Shown one piece after another: positions 11,148-19,588 of a DNA stretch of 64,000 nt. Location of the stretch: the NCBI GenBank assembly GCA_965116925.1, contig OZ220744.1:5888001-5952000 (forward strand). The letters run 5' to 3'. Numbering within the stretch: position 1 is the stretch's first letter; each line of letters starts with the position of its first letter. Origin of the DNA: Candidatus Poribacteria bacterium. Lineage in GTDB: Bacteria; Poribacteria; WGA-4E; PCPOR2b. The translations under genes and the position numbers were made by a program. The notes under the pieces are model-generated. The model was not told where the DNA came from. It saw nothing but the letters and a program-made list of their open reading frames with translations, and ran no database searches.

Positions 11148-11555
11148 ATGCAAGATTTCGACTATACGCTGACATGGTATCACGGCTCTCAGCAAGAGTT
11201 GACCAAACTTAGGGTCGGGAGTTCGATTACACAGAACAGAAATGTGGCAAAAGCTTTCTCACATAGCCCTTCACTGGTCACTCAGTCTGAGGGCGGTAGG
11301 GTCAAGCATGACGGCATAACGCCCGGTTATCTCTATACCGTTGCCGATGAGATTGATCCCGATGACGTGTATCCACATCCCCATCCCGTAAATGTTACTC
11401 GTTGGGAGTGGCTGACCAATCGAGAATTGAAACTGGAATTAATCGAACAAACTATCGTGACGGACGAGGAGCGTTTGACAGATCAAGAAATCACAGAGAT
11501 ACAGCGGAAACAGGAGGAAAGGGGCGAGAGGTCCTTCGTAGAGGAAGATGTTTGA
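11148..11555 (+). CDS. Hypothetical protein, possible ADP-ribosyltransferase-like fold
   Basis: WYHGS...SITQNRNVAKAFS...GYLY...EWLT pattern; RBS GGAGA. Confidence 0.5.
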   Translation: MQDFDYTLTWYHGSQQELTKLRVGSSITQNRNVAKAFSHSPSLVTQSEGGRVKHDGITPGYLYTVADEIDPDDVYPHPHPVNVTRWEWLTNRELKLELIEQTIVTDEERLTDQEITEIQRKQEERGERSFVEEDV

Positions 11556-11649
11556 TAAAAATACAGAGGCTCATATAAAAAGAAAGCACAAAGTACGAAG
11601 ATAAACCGAGCTTTGCGGAAAAAACTCGGTTTCTTTGCGCCAAATCTTA

Positions 11650-12536
11650 GAACCTGTTTGAAAAAGAAAAATCCTACTCAAAAGTTAATGTTTATGTTAA
11701 ATCATTGGTGCAGTAAAATACTGACCTAATGAAAGGCATACACATGACCTCAACGAAGTATCCTACTGATTTGACCGATGCCCAGTGGAACAACCTGTTC
11801 CCCTATTTGCCAGAACCTTCCCCCATAGGTAGACCTCTCAAATGGGAGATGCGCTCCATTATCAACGCTATTTTTTATATAGTCAAATCAGGGTGTCAGT
11901 GGCGAATGCTACCCCATCAAATGCCACCGTGGCAAACGGTCTATTCCCACTTCAGAAAGTGGCAAGCCGATGGCACATGGGTTATGATTCATCAAGCACT
12001 TCACCAGCAAACTCGTTGTGATATTGGCAAAGCACCCTCACCGACAGTAGCTATCATTGACAGCCAATCGGTCAAGACGACTGAACTGGCAGACACGAGA
12101 GGGTTTGATGCACATAAGAAAGTCAAAGGTCGTAAACGCCATATAGTCACTGATACCATTGGCATTCCATTGGGAATCAAGGTCACTGATGCCAATGTCA
12201 GTGATAATCGAGTCGCAATAGAGTTGCTAAAGGAAGTCTTTGATTGGCAGATAACGATTCAGTTAGTTTGTGCCGATGCTGGCTATCGCGGAGAATTAGG
12301 CGACTGGCTTTATTTGACGCATCAGTGTCAATTGGACATTGCCCCATCTTTTAGACAATCGGGGTTTGTGGTTGTTCCGTTGCGTTGGATTGTGGAACGC
12401 ACCTTTTCTTGGTTCGGGCGGTTTCGTCGACTGACTTTGGACTATGAACGCTCTGCTGAGACTGCTGAAGCTATGGTATACATTGCTTCTATTTACTTGA
12501 TGCAAAACCGTATCAAATGACTTTTAAAACAGGCTC
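11650..12536 (+). mobile_element. IS5-family insertion sequence (IS1031-like), 887 bp
   Basis: Terminal IRs GAACCTGTTTGAAAA and (reverse complement) GAGCCTGTTTTAAAA; 3-bp TTA duplication; intact transposase inside. Confidence 0.9.
11729..12520 (+). CDS. IS5 family transposase
   Basis: YPTDLTDAQW, GCQWRMLP, IIDSQSVKT, ADAGY and RWIVERTFSW motifs. Confidence 0.95.
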   Translation: MKGIHMTSTKYPTDLTDAQWNNLFPYLPEPSPIGRPLKWEMRSIINAIFYIVKSGCQWRMLPHQMPPWQTVYSHFRKWQADGTWVMIHQALHQQTRCDIGKAPSPTVAIIDSQSVKTTELADTRGFDAHKKVKGRKRHIVTDTIGIPLGIKVTDANVSDNRVAIELLKEVFDWQITIQLVCADAGYRGELGDWLYLTHQCQLDIAPSFRQSGFVVVPLRWIVERTFSWFGRFRRLTLDYERSAETAEAMVYIASIYLMQNRIK

Positions 12537-12566
12537 TTAACATGAACGAATACAGATTGGAGAACG

Positions 12567-13448
12567 ATGAACGCTTGGAAAGAACATACCTTGCAGGTGA
12601 ACGGGCACGAAATGGCTTGGTTTGAGATCGGCACAGGACCGACCTTAGTTTGTCTTCACGGTAGTTGGGATCACCTGCTTTACCGTCCAATGGGAGAGCT
12701 ATTCGCCCAAAAATATAGATGTATCCTCTACGACCAACGCGGATCCGGTCAATCGAAACTGCTTGAGAGGGATGAGGACGCCATGGATATTAAGAAATTC
12801 ACCCAAGACCTCGACGCGCTTCGGGACCATTTGGGGTTGGATAAGATGGCACTGCTTGGGCATTCGTGGGGCAGCGGATTAGGGTTACTTTACGCCCAAG
12901 CGTATCCTGATCGCTTGTCCCATCTCATCTTAGTGGGGCCAGGACCACTCAATTCCGAAATGAGTAGCTGTTATCGCGCAAATAGAGATCGAATGGCATA
13001 CCCAACCTCGCCTGAAGAATTCGCAGCGATTCGGCGGTCATACGACGAAGCACGGTCTGAAACGGGTGTGGTTTCACGCGAGATTGACGAAGCCTTGATC
13101 CGGGTATGGGCTCGCGTCATATTCTATTCGCGTGAGACTGCGGGTCAGTTTATCGACTTCTATCTGAACTGTGGTGGCTATCTTAGACATGCTGAGTCAC
13201 CCACGAACTTCAGGCATGAAATGCAACTGGCAAACGCTGATAGGATTACCGCACCTACATTAGTTGTTTACGGATATCAGGACTATGAACCCATTACACA
13301 GGCATACTTAATCAAGGAGAGGATCCCTCAGACAGAGATTGCTTTTCTGAATGAGTGTGGACACGCGACTTGGGTGGATCAACCGGAGGAGTATTTCAAG
13401 GTCGTTGACACATTCTTATCAAAAGACAGCGTGAAACGTGATGCGTGA
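12567..13448 (+). CDS. Alpha/beta hydrolase (proline iminopeptidase-like)
   Basis: YDQRGSG, nucleophile elbow GHSWG, catalytic His in CGH. Confidence 0.88.
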   Translation: MNAWKEHTLQVNGHEMAWFEIGTGPTLVCLHGSWDHLLYRPMGELFAQKYRCILYDQRGSGQSKLLERDEDAMDIKKFTQDLDALRDHLGLDKMALLGHSWGSGLGLLYAQAYPDRLSHLILVGPGPLNSEMSSCYRANRDRMAYPTSPEEFAAIRRSYDEARSETGVVSREIDEALIRVWARVIFYSRETAGQFIDFYLNCGGYLRHAESPTNFRHEMQLANADRITAPTLVVYGYQDYEPITQAYLIKERIPQTEIAFLNECGHATWVDQPEEYFKVVDTFLSKDSVKRDA

Positions 13449-13479
13449 AAACATTTTGTTCATTGGTTCATGAATGAAC

Positions 13480-13672
13480 TATGGTAGATTTTAGAATTAC
13501 TTGGGCACTGCCAATGGGCGAGGTTAGGAAACCTCGACTACCGGAGATGAAAAAATCTAGGCTACGACCCCGGTAGGTGCGGTTTGTAACCGCACCGCAT
13601 CGGCGCAGTTGGAAACAGCGCCTACCAAACACGGGGAGCGACAGTGTCTATTTATTTTTAGAATTCACTATA
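13480..13672. repeat. MITE family B (TA-flanked ends) containing GTAG REP-like palindromes
   Basis: Ends TATGGTAGATTTTAGAATT and TTTAGAATTCACTATA; internal GGTAGGTGCGGTTTGTAACCGCACC; related copies at 50149 and 52067. Confidence 0.75.
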
Positions 13673-13684
13673 AAAGGAGTGGAG

Positions 13685-14590
13685 ATGAACATCGTTCAAT
13701 ATACCCCCAAATTGCAAAGCGTTTTGACGGCATTCTATAACCGTCAGACCGTCAATGTTCCGCACTGCTACCCGGTCAAGGAAGAAGAATTCGCCCTTGC
13801 GATGGTCGGGGTTACTACTGGTAAAGCTGACATACAGGAGGGTGGACTTGATTTTGAGACAGCCTTCGTTGCGATAGAGAACCGTGCTGTACAAGCGTTT
13901 ATTCACGTCGGTATCGGTCAGGTTGGAGCTAACAGGGAAATTCCTGTCGGCGTTATTCGGTTTTTGGGGTATGAGCGCGGTGCGCGGCGTGCCGGGCAAG
14001 CCGTGCTTGAAAAAGCGGAAGCCTATCTGAAAGCATATAACGTCGCCCGAATTTTTGCCTTTCCATATGGGTATCTGTATCGTTTCTATTATTTTGGAAG
14101 TGGTCACTTATCGGATGCGCTTGACCAAGTTCAGGCACTGCTTGGATTCAACGGTTACCATCGTAGTAGAGGTGAGGTCTTTTTGGATTGGGAGAACTAT
14201 TCTGTCACACCAACGCCTTCAAGCATGCCGGTAACGTTTTCTGTCGAATGGGAGCAGGGACGTGGGCAACTTCCAAACTGTACCGTAACTGCCTACCTAG
14301 ATGGCAAGGAGATTGGAGATTGCGACGCTGTCTCCGGCGGTCAGTTTTCAAGCCACCCCGATGCACAAGACTGGTTTTATACTGCTGCGATCGCTATCGA
14401 AGGTCCATTTCAAGGACGAGGTATTGGGCGTTATCTGCTCCAATACTCGCTTCAAGAGATGCGCAAAGTCGGATATCGTCACGCGGCGATTAGCACTGAC
14501 TGGGAGAACTACCGTGCATTCCTGTTTTACAGCAACTGTGGCTATCGCGCTGTAGATTGGACTTACAAATTAGAGAAACATTTCGATTAA
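13685..14590 (+). CDS. GNAT family N-acetyltransferase (tandem domain)
   Basis: FQGRGIGRYLL and NYRAFLFYSNCGY motifs; start MNIVQY after AGGAG. Confidence 0.85.
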   Translation: MNIVQYTPKLQSVLTAFYNRQTVNVPHCYPVKEEEFALAMVGVTTGKADIQEGGLDFETAFVAIENRAVQAFIHVGIGQVGANREIPVGVIRFLGYERGARRAGQAVLEKAEAYLKAYNVARIFAFPYGYLYRFYYFGSGHLSDALDQVQALLGFNGYHRSRGEVFLDWENYSVTPTPSSMPVTFSVEWEQGRGQLPNCTVTAYLDGKEIGDCDAVSGGQFSSHPDAQDWFYTAAIAIEGPFQGRGIGRYLLQYSLQEMRKVGYRHAAISTDWENYRAFLFYSNCGYRAVDWTYKLEKHFD

Positions 14591-14615
14591 AGGTTCACAG
14601 CGCAAAGGTCTTGCC

Positions 14616-15500
14616 ATGGATGAAACCACTAAAATTGGAGCAGAGAACGTATACGATTTTCTTAAACAGTTCGCTGCAGATATCTCCCTAGCGGACCTGA
14701 AACCTGTATCCAATCATCACCGTGGCGGTGATAGTCTGACCTTTTACTATCGGAATAACAGTATCCTCAAGGTCCCCCGTTGTAACGACTCCCGCACAGG
14801 ACTCCTAAAAGAGGTCAAACTCACAGAATACCTGCATACACAGCCACTGCCCTTCGTTGTAGCAAAACCGATCACAGTACATGAAAAGGGGTTCTATGCG
14901 ATATTTTCAAGGATTAATGGTACTTCACTTTCGATAGAAGCATTTGAAGAGTTTACCCATAGAGAGTTGGAATCCTTTGGCAGATCTGTCGGCACCTTCC
15001 TCTCCTTTTTGCACAACCACAAATTTCCAGTTGAGGTCTTGAAATACATCCCACGTGCGGATGATCCCTTTGAAGTAGCACTTCACGAGGCAAGGCGACA
15101 ACTCGCTGTTATTGAGGCACATACTATAGAAGTAGACACAACCCAATGGACTGAAAAACTGGAAAGCTTATGCGAATCCTTAGATCAGCGGTGGGCTGTC
15201 GTGCACTGTGATCTCCAAATAAACCACCTACTTTTTGTCCGAGGAAATCTTGAACAGCTCGCGATTATCGACTTCGCAGATACGTTGATGCACGATCCCG
15301 CTGTAGACTTATCCGAGTTTGCTATAGAGATGTATTCAGATTTGCCCCCTGACGGTATCACAGCCAAAAAGATTGTCGATGCGGTTCTGAAGCATTATCA
15401 AACAGACGATCCTGCGATTGAAGCAAAAATTGAGTTCGGACTTCTCCTTTTTGCAATTAGCCGCGCCTACCAAGAGGCAATGAAACTTATCCGCCCATGA
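14616..15500 (+). CDS. Aminoglycoside phosphotransferase (APH)/kinase-like protein
   Basis: ILKVP, VVHCDLQINHLL (Brenner-type motif), IIDFAD and DPAVDL. Confidence 0.8.
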   Translation: MDETTKIGAENVYDFLKQFAADISLADLKPVSNHHRGGDSLTFYYRNNSILKVPRCNDSRTGLLKEVKLTEYLHTQPLPFVVAKPITVHEKGFYAIFSRINGTSLSIEAFEEFTHRELESFGRSVGTFLSFLHNHKFPVEVLKYIPRADDPFEVALHEARRQLAVIEAHTIEVDTTQWTEKLESLCESLDQRWAVVHCDLQINHLLFVRGNLEQLAIIDFADTLMHDPAVDLSEFAIEMYSDLPPDGITAKKIVDAVLKHYQTDDPAIEAKIEFGLLLFAISRAYQEAMKLIRP

Positions 15501-15603
15501 ATTTCTCCGCTGCTATTTTTTCAAAGGTGGTATAATTAGACTTGAACCCTCTCAGGGCTATGGTCCGTTTGAGGTTGTCAAGCTACCATAGTCAATGAAG
15601 TTG

Positions 15604-15984
15604 CTAGGGCGTGTTGACATTTTGAAGCTGCTGATTCGGCAAACACTGTAATCATCAGGCAATCTGCCAAATGTAGCGCAAACTGTTAGTTTGCAGGCTG
15701 AGATCACAATCTAACAGATCGTGGTACAAAAGGAGATTGTAGGTCGAGATTCATATCTCGACAAAATACCCAGCGTGTCGCACCACAATCTTGGCTCAAT
15801 CACCTTGGAACATTGCACGCTGTTCTTAGGTATTGTCGATTTTGGAAAATCGACCTACAGCAGCAGTCCGAAATCGTTTCTGATGTGTAAGTAGAGGGTT
15901 GGGAAACCCACCCCCTACGAAGAATCATACGTCTGTGCGCTCTCCTTGATTGTCTAATTGCGATGACATGTCAACAGAACCTAG
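15604..15984. mobile_element. ~380-bp MITE-like element with CTAG-flanked IRs, packed with REP-like hairpins
   Basis: Left CTAGGGCGTGTTGACAT, right ATGTCAACAGAACCTAG; internal GTAGGTCGAGATTCATATCTCGAC, GTCGATTTTGGAAAATCGACCTAC and GTAGAGGGTTGGGAAACCCACCCCCTAC. Confidence 0.65.
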
Positions 15985-16019
15985 ATTTATACTTTTCTCT
16001 GATTCAGAAAGGAAATTCT

Positions 16020-17186
16020 ATGAAGATTAAAGAAATTCGCGTTGTAGAAATTGAGTTGAATCCGAACCCGACAACACCGCCACGGACACCGAGTCGAGCC
16101 AGTAAATATCCAATGAATCGACCCATTTCCCGTTACCCAACGTTCGACAAGAAAGTGGGGGATGCCTCCTTAGAATGGAAAAGACCCGCATGTATTGTGA
16201 CAGCGGAAGATGGTACTTGGGGGTTCGGTATTTCACTTCATGGCGGTCCAGTGACTCGAATCATCACGGATTACTTTGCTCCACGTCTCGTTGGCGAAAA
16301 CTGTATGGCGACAGAGAAACTGTGGGATATGATGGTGCGATCATCAACCGCCTTTGGTGCAACCGGTTTGATCAGCTATGCGATCAGCGCGGTCGATTGC
16401 GCCCTGTGGGATCTCAAAGGCAAGATTTTGAAGAGACCTGTTTACGAATTGTTAGGGGGACCGCAGAAGGAGAAAATTTTCTGCTACGCCTCCGGTTTTG
16501 ATCAGGAATGGTATATGGAACTTGGATTCAAAGCGACAAAATTATTCACACCTTACGGTCCGGTGCACGGGAAGGAAGGCTTAATCAAACTCGAAGAATT
16601 GGTGGCGAGCACGCGAGAAGTGATTGGCGATAAAGTTGAATTGATGTTGGATGCGTGGACCGGCTTTGACGTTGAACATACCGTGCGTGTCTGCGAGCTC
16701 ATGAAACCCTACGACTTGAAGTGGATGGAAGACTACATTTCCCCCGAAGATTTTGTAGGCTACGAAACCTTGCGTCAACGCATTCCTTGGCAAACACTCG
16801 CTACGGGAGAACATTGGTATCTGCCAACCGTTTTTGCCGCTGCTGCGGGTCGGCGGTTGGTCGACATCTTCCAGCCAGACGTATTGTGGTGTGGTGGTAT
16901 TACTGCTGCAGCCAAAATCTGTCACATCGCTGAGGCAAACGGTATCTCTGTGATTGCACACGGTGGAATGAATTATCCCTACGGTCAACATCTGTCGTTT
17001 GCCATGCCCGCTATCACATGGGGTGAACGGTCGGAGGGTATCTCTGCGCCCGGTGTGCCGCTTGAAGAGATGGTTAAGTTGCCCGGTACTCCAGTCATCA
17101 AAGATGGCTACCTCGTACCATCGGATGCCCCCGGTTTCGGTCTTGAAATTGATGAGGCTTGGATTGAGAGTGTAAGTACAGTGTGA
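16020..17186 (+). CDS. Enolase-superfamily acid-sugar dehydratase (L-rhamnonate dehydratase-like)
   Basis: AISAVDCALWDLKGK, LMLDAW, WMEDY, TGEH, QPDVLWCGG and APGFGLEI motifs. Confidence 0.85.
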   Translation: MKIKEIRVVEIELNPNPTTPPRTPSRASKYPMNRPISRYPTFDKKVGDASLEWKRPACIVTAEDGTWGFGISLHGGPVTRIITDYFAPRLVGENCMATEKLWDMMVRSSTAFGATGLISYAISAVDCALWDLKGKILKRPVYELLGGPQKEKIFCYASGFDQEWYMELGFKATKLFTPYGPVHGKEGLIKLEELVASTREVIGDKVELMLDAWTGFDVEHTVRVCELMKPYDLKWMEDYISPEDFVGYETLRQRIPWQTLATGEHWYLPTVFAAAAGRRLVDIFQPDVLWCGGITAAAKICHIAEANGISVIAHGGMNYPYGQHLSFAMPAITWGERSEGISAPGVPLEEMVKLPGTPVIKDGYLVPSDAPGFGLEIDEAWIESVSTV

Positions 17187-17946
17187 TTTTGCGTAGGGTT
17201 ATACATCGTCGGTAAGATAGGCGAATCTGAATCGTTAGATCGTAATTTCCCCCAAGATATTGTATACTGTAATGTTCCACGCTACAAAATACGATAGAAA
17301 GGGGAAATTACGATGAGCACCATAAGCGTAAATGTTCCAGAGAAACTTTGGCGTGAGTATGAAGCGTATATATGTTTCAGTCGGTCAAGGGGTCAGTATT
17401 ATCCAACCTTTTGGTATTGGCTGAACTACATACGCTAAACACTCAACCAGTATACACTTGGCAGAAATATATTGTCAAGTGTATGCCCAATTAAACCCGA
17501 CTCGGCGAACTTGCCGCCGTATACCTCACCCTAGCTGCGTCGCTGGAAACGGCGGGGTGGCAAACAAGGGAAAATGGCGCACGGACTGGAATGAATACAG
17601 ATACTCTAAATTGCCACGTCAGGTAAGCATGGTATGGTTAAAACGAAAGTTGAACTGCCGTAAGCTTCGTCAACTCTAACGGGTAAATCTGCGAGTGAAT
17701 GCCCTGAGAGGTGCATTCAGTAATCAGCCCGTAACCAAAATGGTAAGAGGTTAGAACGCTCACTTTATTCTTGAGCGTCATGATAAGGGTTTTTGTACTT
17801 AGCCTTTATTAGCAAGTCACAATTCCTTTGGGGTAAAGACAGAACCTAACCTATGCGTATATATATAGCGTGAGAGCGAAATAGTCCCTAAGTTGTCTCA
17901 TGCATCCAGCGCACACTGTCGAACCAGTATGCGCTGGTGTACGAAC

Positions 17947-18447
17947 CTATTCATAATAGAGGTTAGCCCGCAATTCTTTAATTGCAGGTTCAACAACGTG
18001 CTCGATGCGGTAGGGATTGTGTTTCCAAAGGGAACGCAATTCCCTTTCAACGTAATCAATCACATCAAGGGTCAAGGAACACGCTAATTCCTCAGCCCTT
18101 GCATAACCGTCCTTGAGAAGACAAGTATTCATTATCATCTCAAGGGTTGGGTGCGTATCATTACGCCCCACCTTTTTCGCAGAGTGGACTGTCACGACGT
18201 TCACCTCATAGAGGTTAGCTCGCAATTCTTTAATTGCAGGCTCAACAATCTCCTTGAGACGATCATCGTTGTGTTTCCACAAAGAGCACAACTTGCTCTC
18301 AAGGTCATCAACCCAGTGAGGGGTCATCGAATAGGCTAATTCTTCATCCCGTCGATAATCGTCCTTGAGAAGATAAGCATTCATTATCATCTCAAATGTT
18401 GGGTCACGCCCTACCTTTTTCGCAGAGTGCACTGTCACGACGTTCAT
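17947..18447 (-). CDS. Hypothetical protein made of two tandem ~82-aa repeats
   Basis: RBS GGGAGGAG before ATG 18447; both units read (M/V)NVVTVHSAKKVGR...VEPAIKELRANLY; DNA repeat period about 243-252 bp. Confidence 0.7.
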   Translation of the reverse strand: MNVVTVHSAKKVGRDPTFEMIMNAYLLKDDYRRDEELAYSMTPHWVDDLESKLCSLWKHNDDRLKEIVEPAIKELRANLYEVNVVTVHSAKKVGRNDTHPTLEMIMNTCLLKDGYARAEELACSLTLDVIDYVERELRSLWKHNPYRIEHVVEPAIKELRANLYYE

Positions 18448-18645
18448 CTCCTCCCTTGTTGGATTAGGCGTGGTTGAACACGCCTTTTCCGCATAGGACG
18501 ATGAATCGATGTTTAGGTTTATGAGATGATAAGGGAGAGGAGGCAAGGTAGGATAGCAATACCTGAGCATTGCCAGAGTTAGGAAACTGAAAGCCTAACA
18601 AAAAACTTTACCAACATTGATGAAAAGCGGGGCTTGCCCTGTCAA

Positions 18646-18924
18646 ACGACTGGATTCGGCGTGTTTTCATCTCAACGTATCACCGAGTTTGAAAATCACG
18701 TCCGAAGTATTCAGATGAAACTGGACAAAGCGGTTCCAAATGATGATAAAAACCTTGGTTCATATTAAGAAAGCGTGCAACAGCAATCGTAGGGGCGGGG
18801 TTTCCTCGCCCGCGCTTCACATTTTGCACTTTCTTTTTATATGAGCCAAAACCTTATCCGATGGTATGTGCATCTTTTGAGTAAGAAATCGAGAACCGTT
18901 AAAATCCTCGCAATTCACAACTAG
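18646..18924 (+). pseudogene. Remnant of the group II intron reverse transcriptase N-terminus
   Basis: After removing the MITE and one TSD copy it reads ...ENHVRSIQMKLDKAVPNDDKNLIRWYVHLLSKKSRTVKILAIH*, resembling the RVT_N region of intron RTs; the rest is absent. Confidence 0.65.
18757..18847. mobile_element. MITE family A copy with 8-bp TSD
   Basis: GGTTCATAT...ATATGAGCC flanked by AAAACCTT (18749-18756 and 18848-18855); interior is a GTAGGGGCGGGGTTTCCTCGCCC hairpin. Confidence 0.88.
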
Positions 18925-19019
18925 CATTCCCGGAAAGAGATGGCAAACCTTATCGACAAAGATATTGACTATCTACGGTTGGTAAAGGTTTGATGAAGTC
19001 CGTCAAGTGAGATTAAGAC

Positions 19020-19382
19020 TCAATACCCGACTGTTTGCCAATAATAGATGATGCCATCAGGACGAACAAAAAACAATCTACGCTTTTCCACAGTGTATGT
19101 ACGCCCATGTTTATAAGTGGCGACAGGTATCAGTGGATGGTAGGATACAGACGAAGGAAATTGACCCACGACGCTGTTGTCCCAAATATAGATTGTCCCA
19201 CCCTTACCATCAGGGACGGACGATTGATAGACTCCCCATGATCTGATAACTTCAGAGATATGAGAACCTAACCAAGAATCCATAATCTCCCGATTGGAAG
19301 GGGGTAGAAGTTCACCTAATTTGGCACACCCAAGCATCAGGAAACAAAGGAACACAACGACAAATCTCATATTTCTCATCAC
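19020..19382 (-). CDS. Small lipoprotein
   Basis: Lipobox LMLGC; SWLGSHISEVIRSWG and FFVRPDGII segments typical of small alpha/beta lipoproteins. Confidence 0.75.
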   Translation of the reverse strand: MMRNMRFVVVFLCFLMLGCAKLGELLPPSNREIMDSWLGSHISEVIRSWGVYQSSVPDGKGGTIYIWDNSVVGQFPSSVSYHPLIPVATYKHGRTYTVEKRRLFFVRPDGIIYYWQTVGY

Positions 19383-19461
19383 CTATTTTACTATTTTACG
19401 AATTATTTTATCGACGATAGAAAATTAGGAAGGTTTAACACATCATCATTTTTGATTCGGA

Positions 19462-19536
19462 AAGCCGTGTGCGGTGAAAGTCGCACGCACGGTTTGGAAG
19501 CGGGGAAAAGTCCGTGAGGACTCTACCTATGCTCAC
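19462..19536 (+). ncRNA. Group II intron catalytic domains V and VI
   Basis: AAGCCGTGTGCGGTGAAAGTCGCACGCACGGTTT (AGC triad, GAAA loop, 2-nt bulge), followed by GGAAGCGGGGAAAAG...CTACCTATGCTCAC ending in AY. Confidence 0.92.
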
Positions 19537-19588
19537 TAGAATATACAAGAAGGGTAGACATCGCTCGGCTATGAAGATGACTTTATCG

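Larger units (their letters stand above)
11568..12548. mobile_element. MITE family A copy interrupted by an IS5-family element
   Basis: 8-bp TSD AATACAGA at 11560-11567 and 12549-12556; MITE body 11568-11649 and terminus 12537-12548. Confidence 0.85.
17535..19536 (+). mobile_element. Group II intron with a degenerate intron-encoded protein and antisense passenger ORFs; 5' end approximate
   Basis: Canonical 34-nt domain V at 19462-19495 and DVI ending ...CCTATGCTCAC. DIII GGCAA..AGGATAGCAATACCT..TTGCC at 18542-18573. Long-range stems close DI, DII and DIV. RT N-terminal remnant at 18646-18924. Confidence 0.8.

Noticed and set aside
17947..18447. Tandem repeat near an RT remnant as a DGR template/variable repeat pair
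   Set aside because: Both units lie in one ORF, differences are not confined to adenines and include an indel, and the RT remnant and DV are group II intron type.
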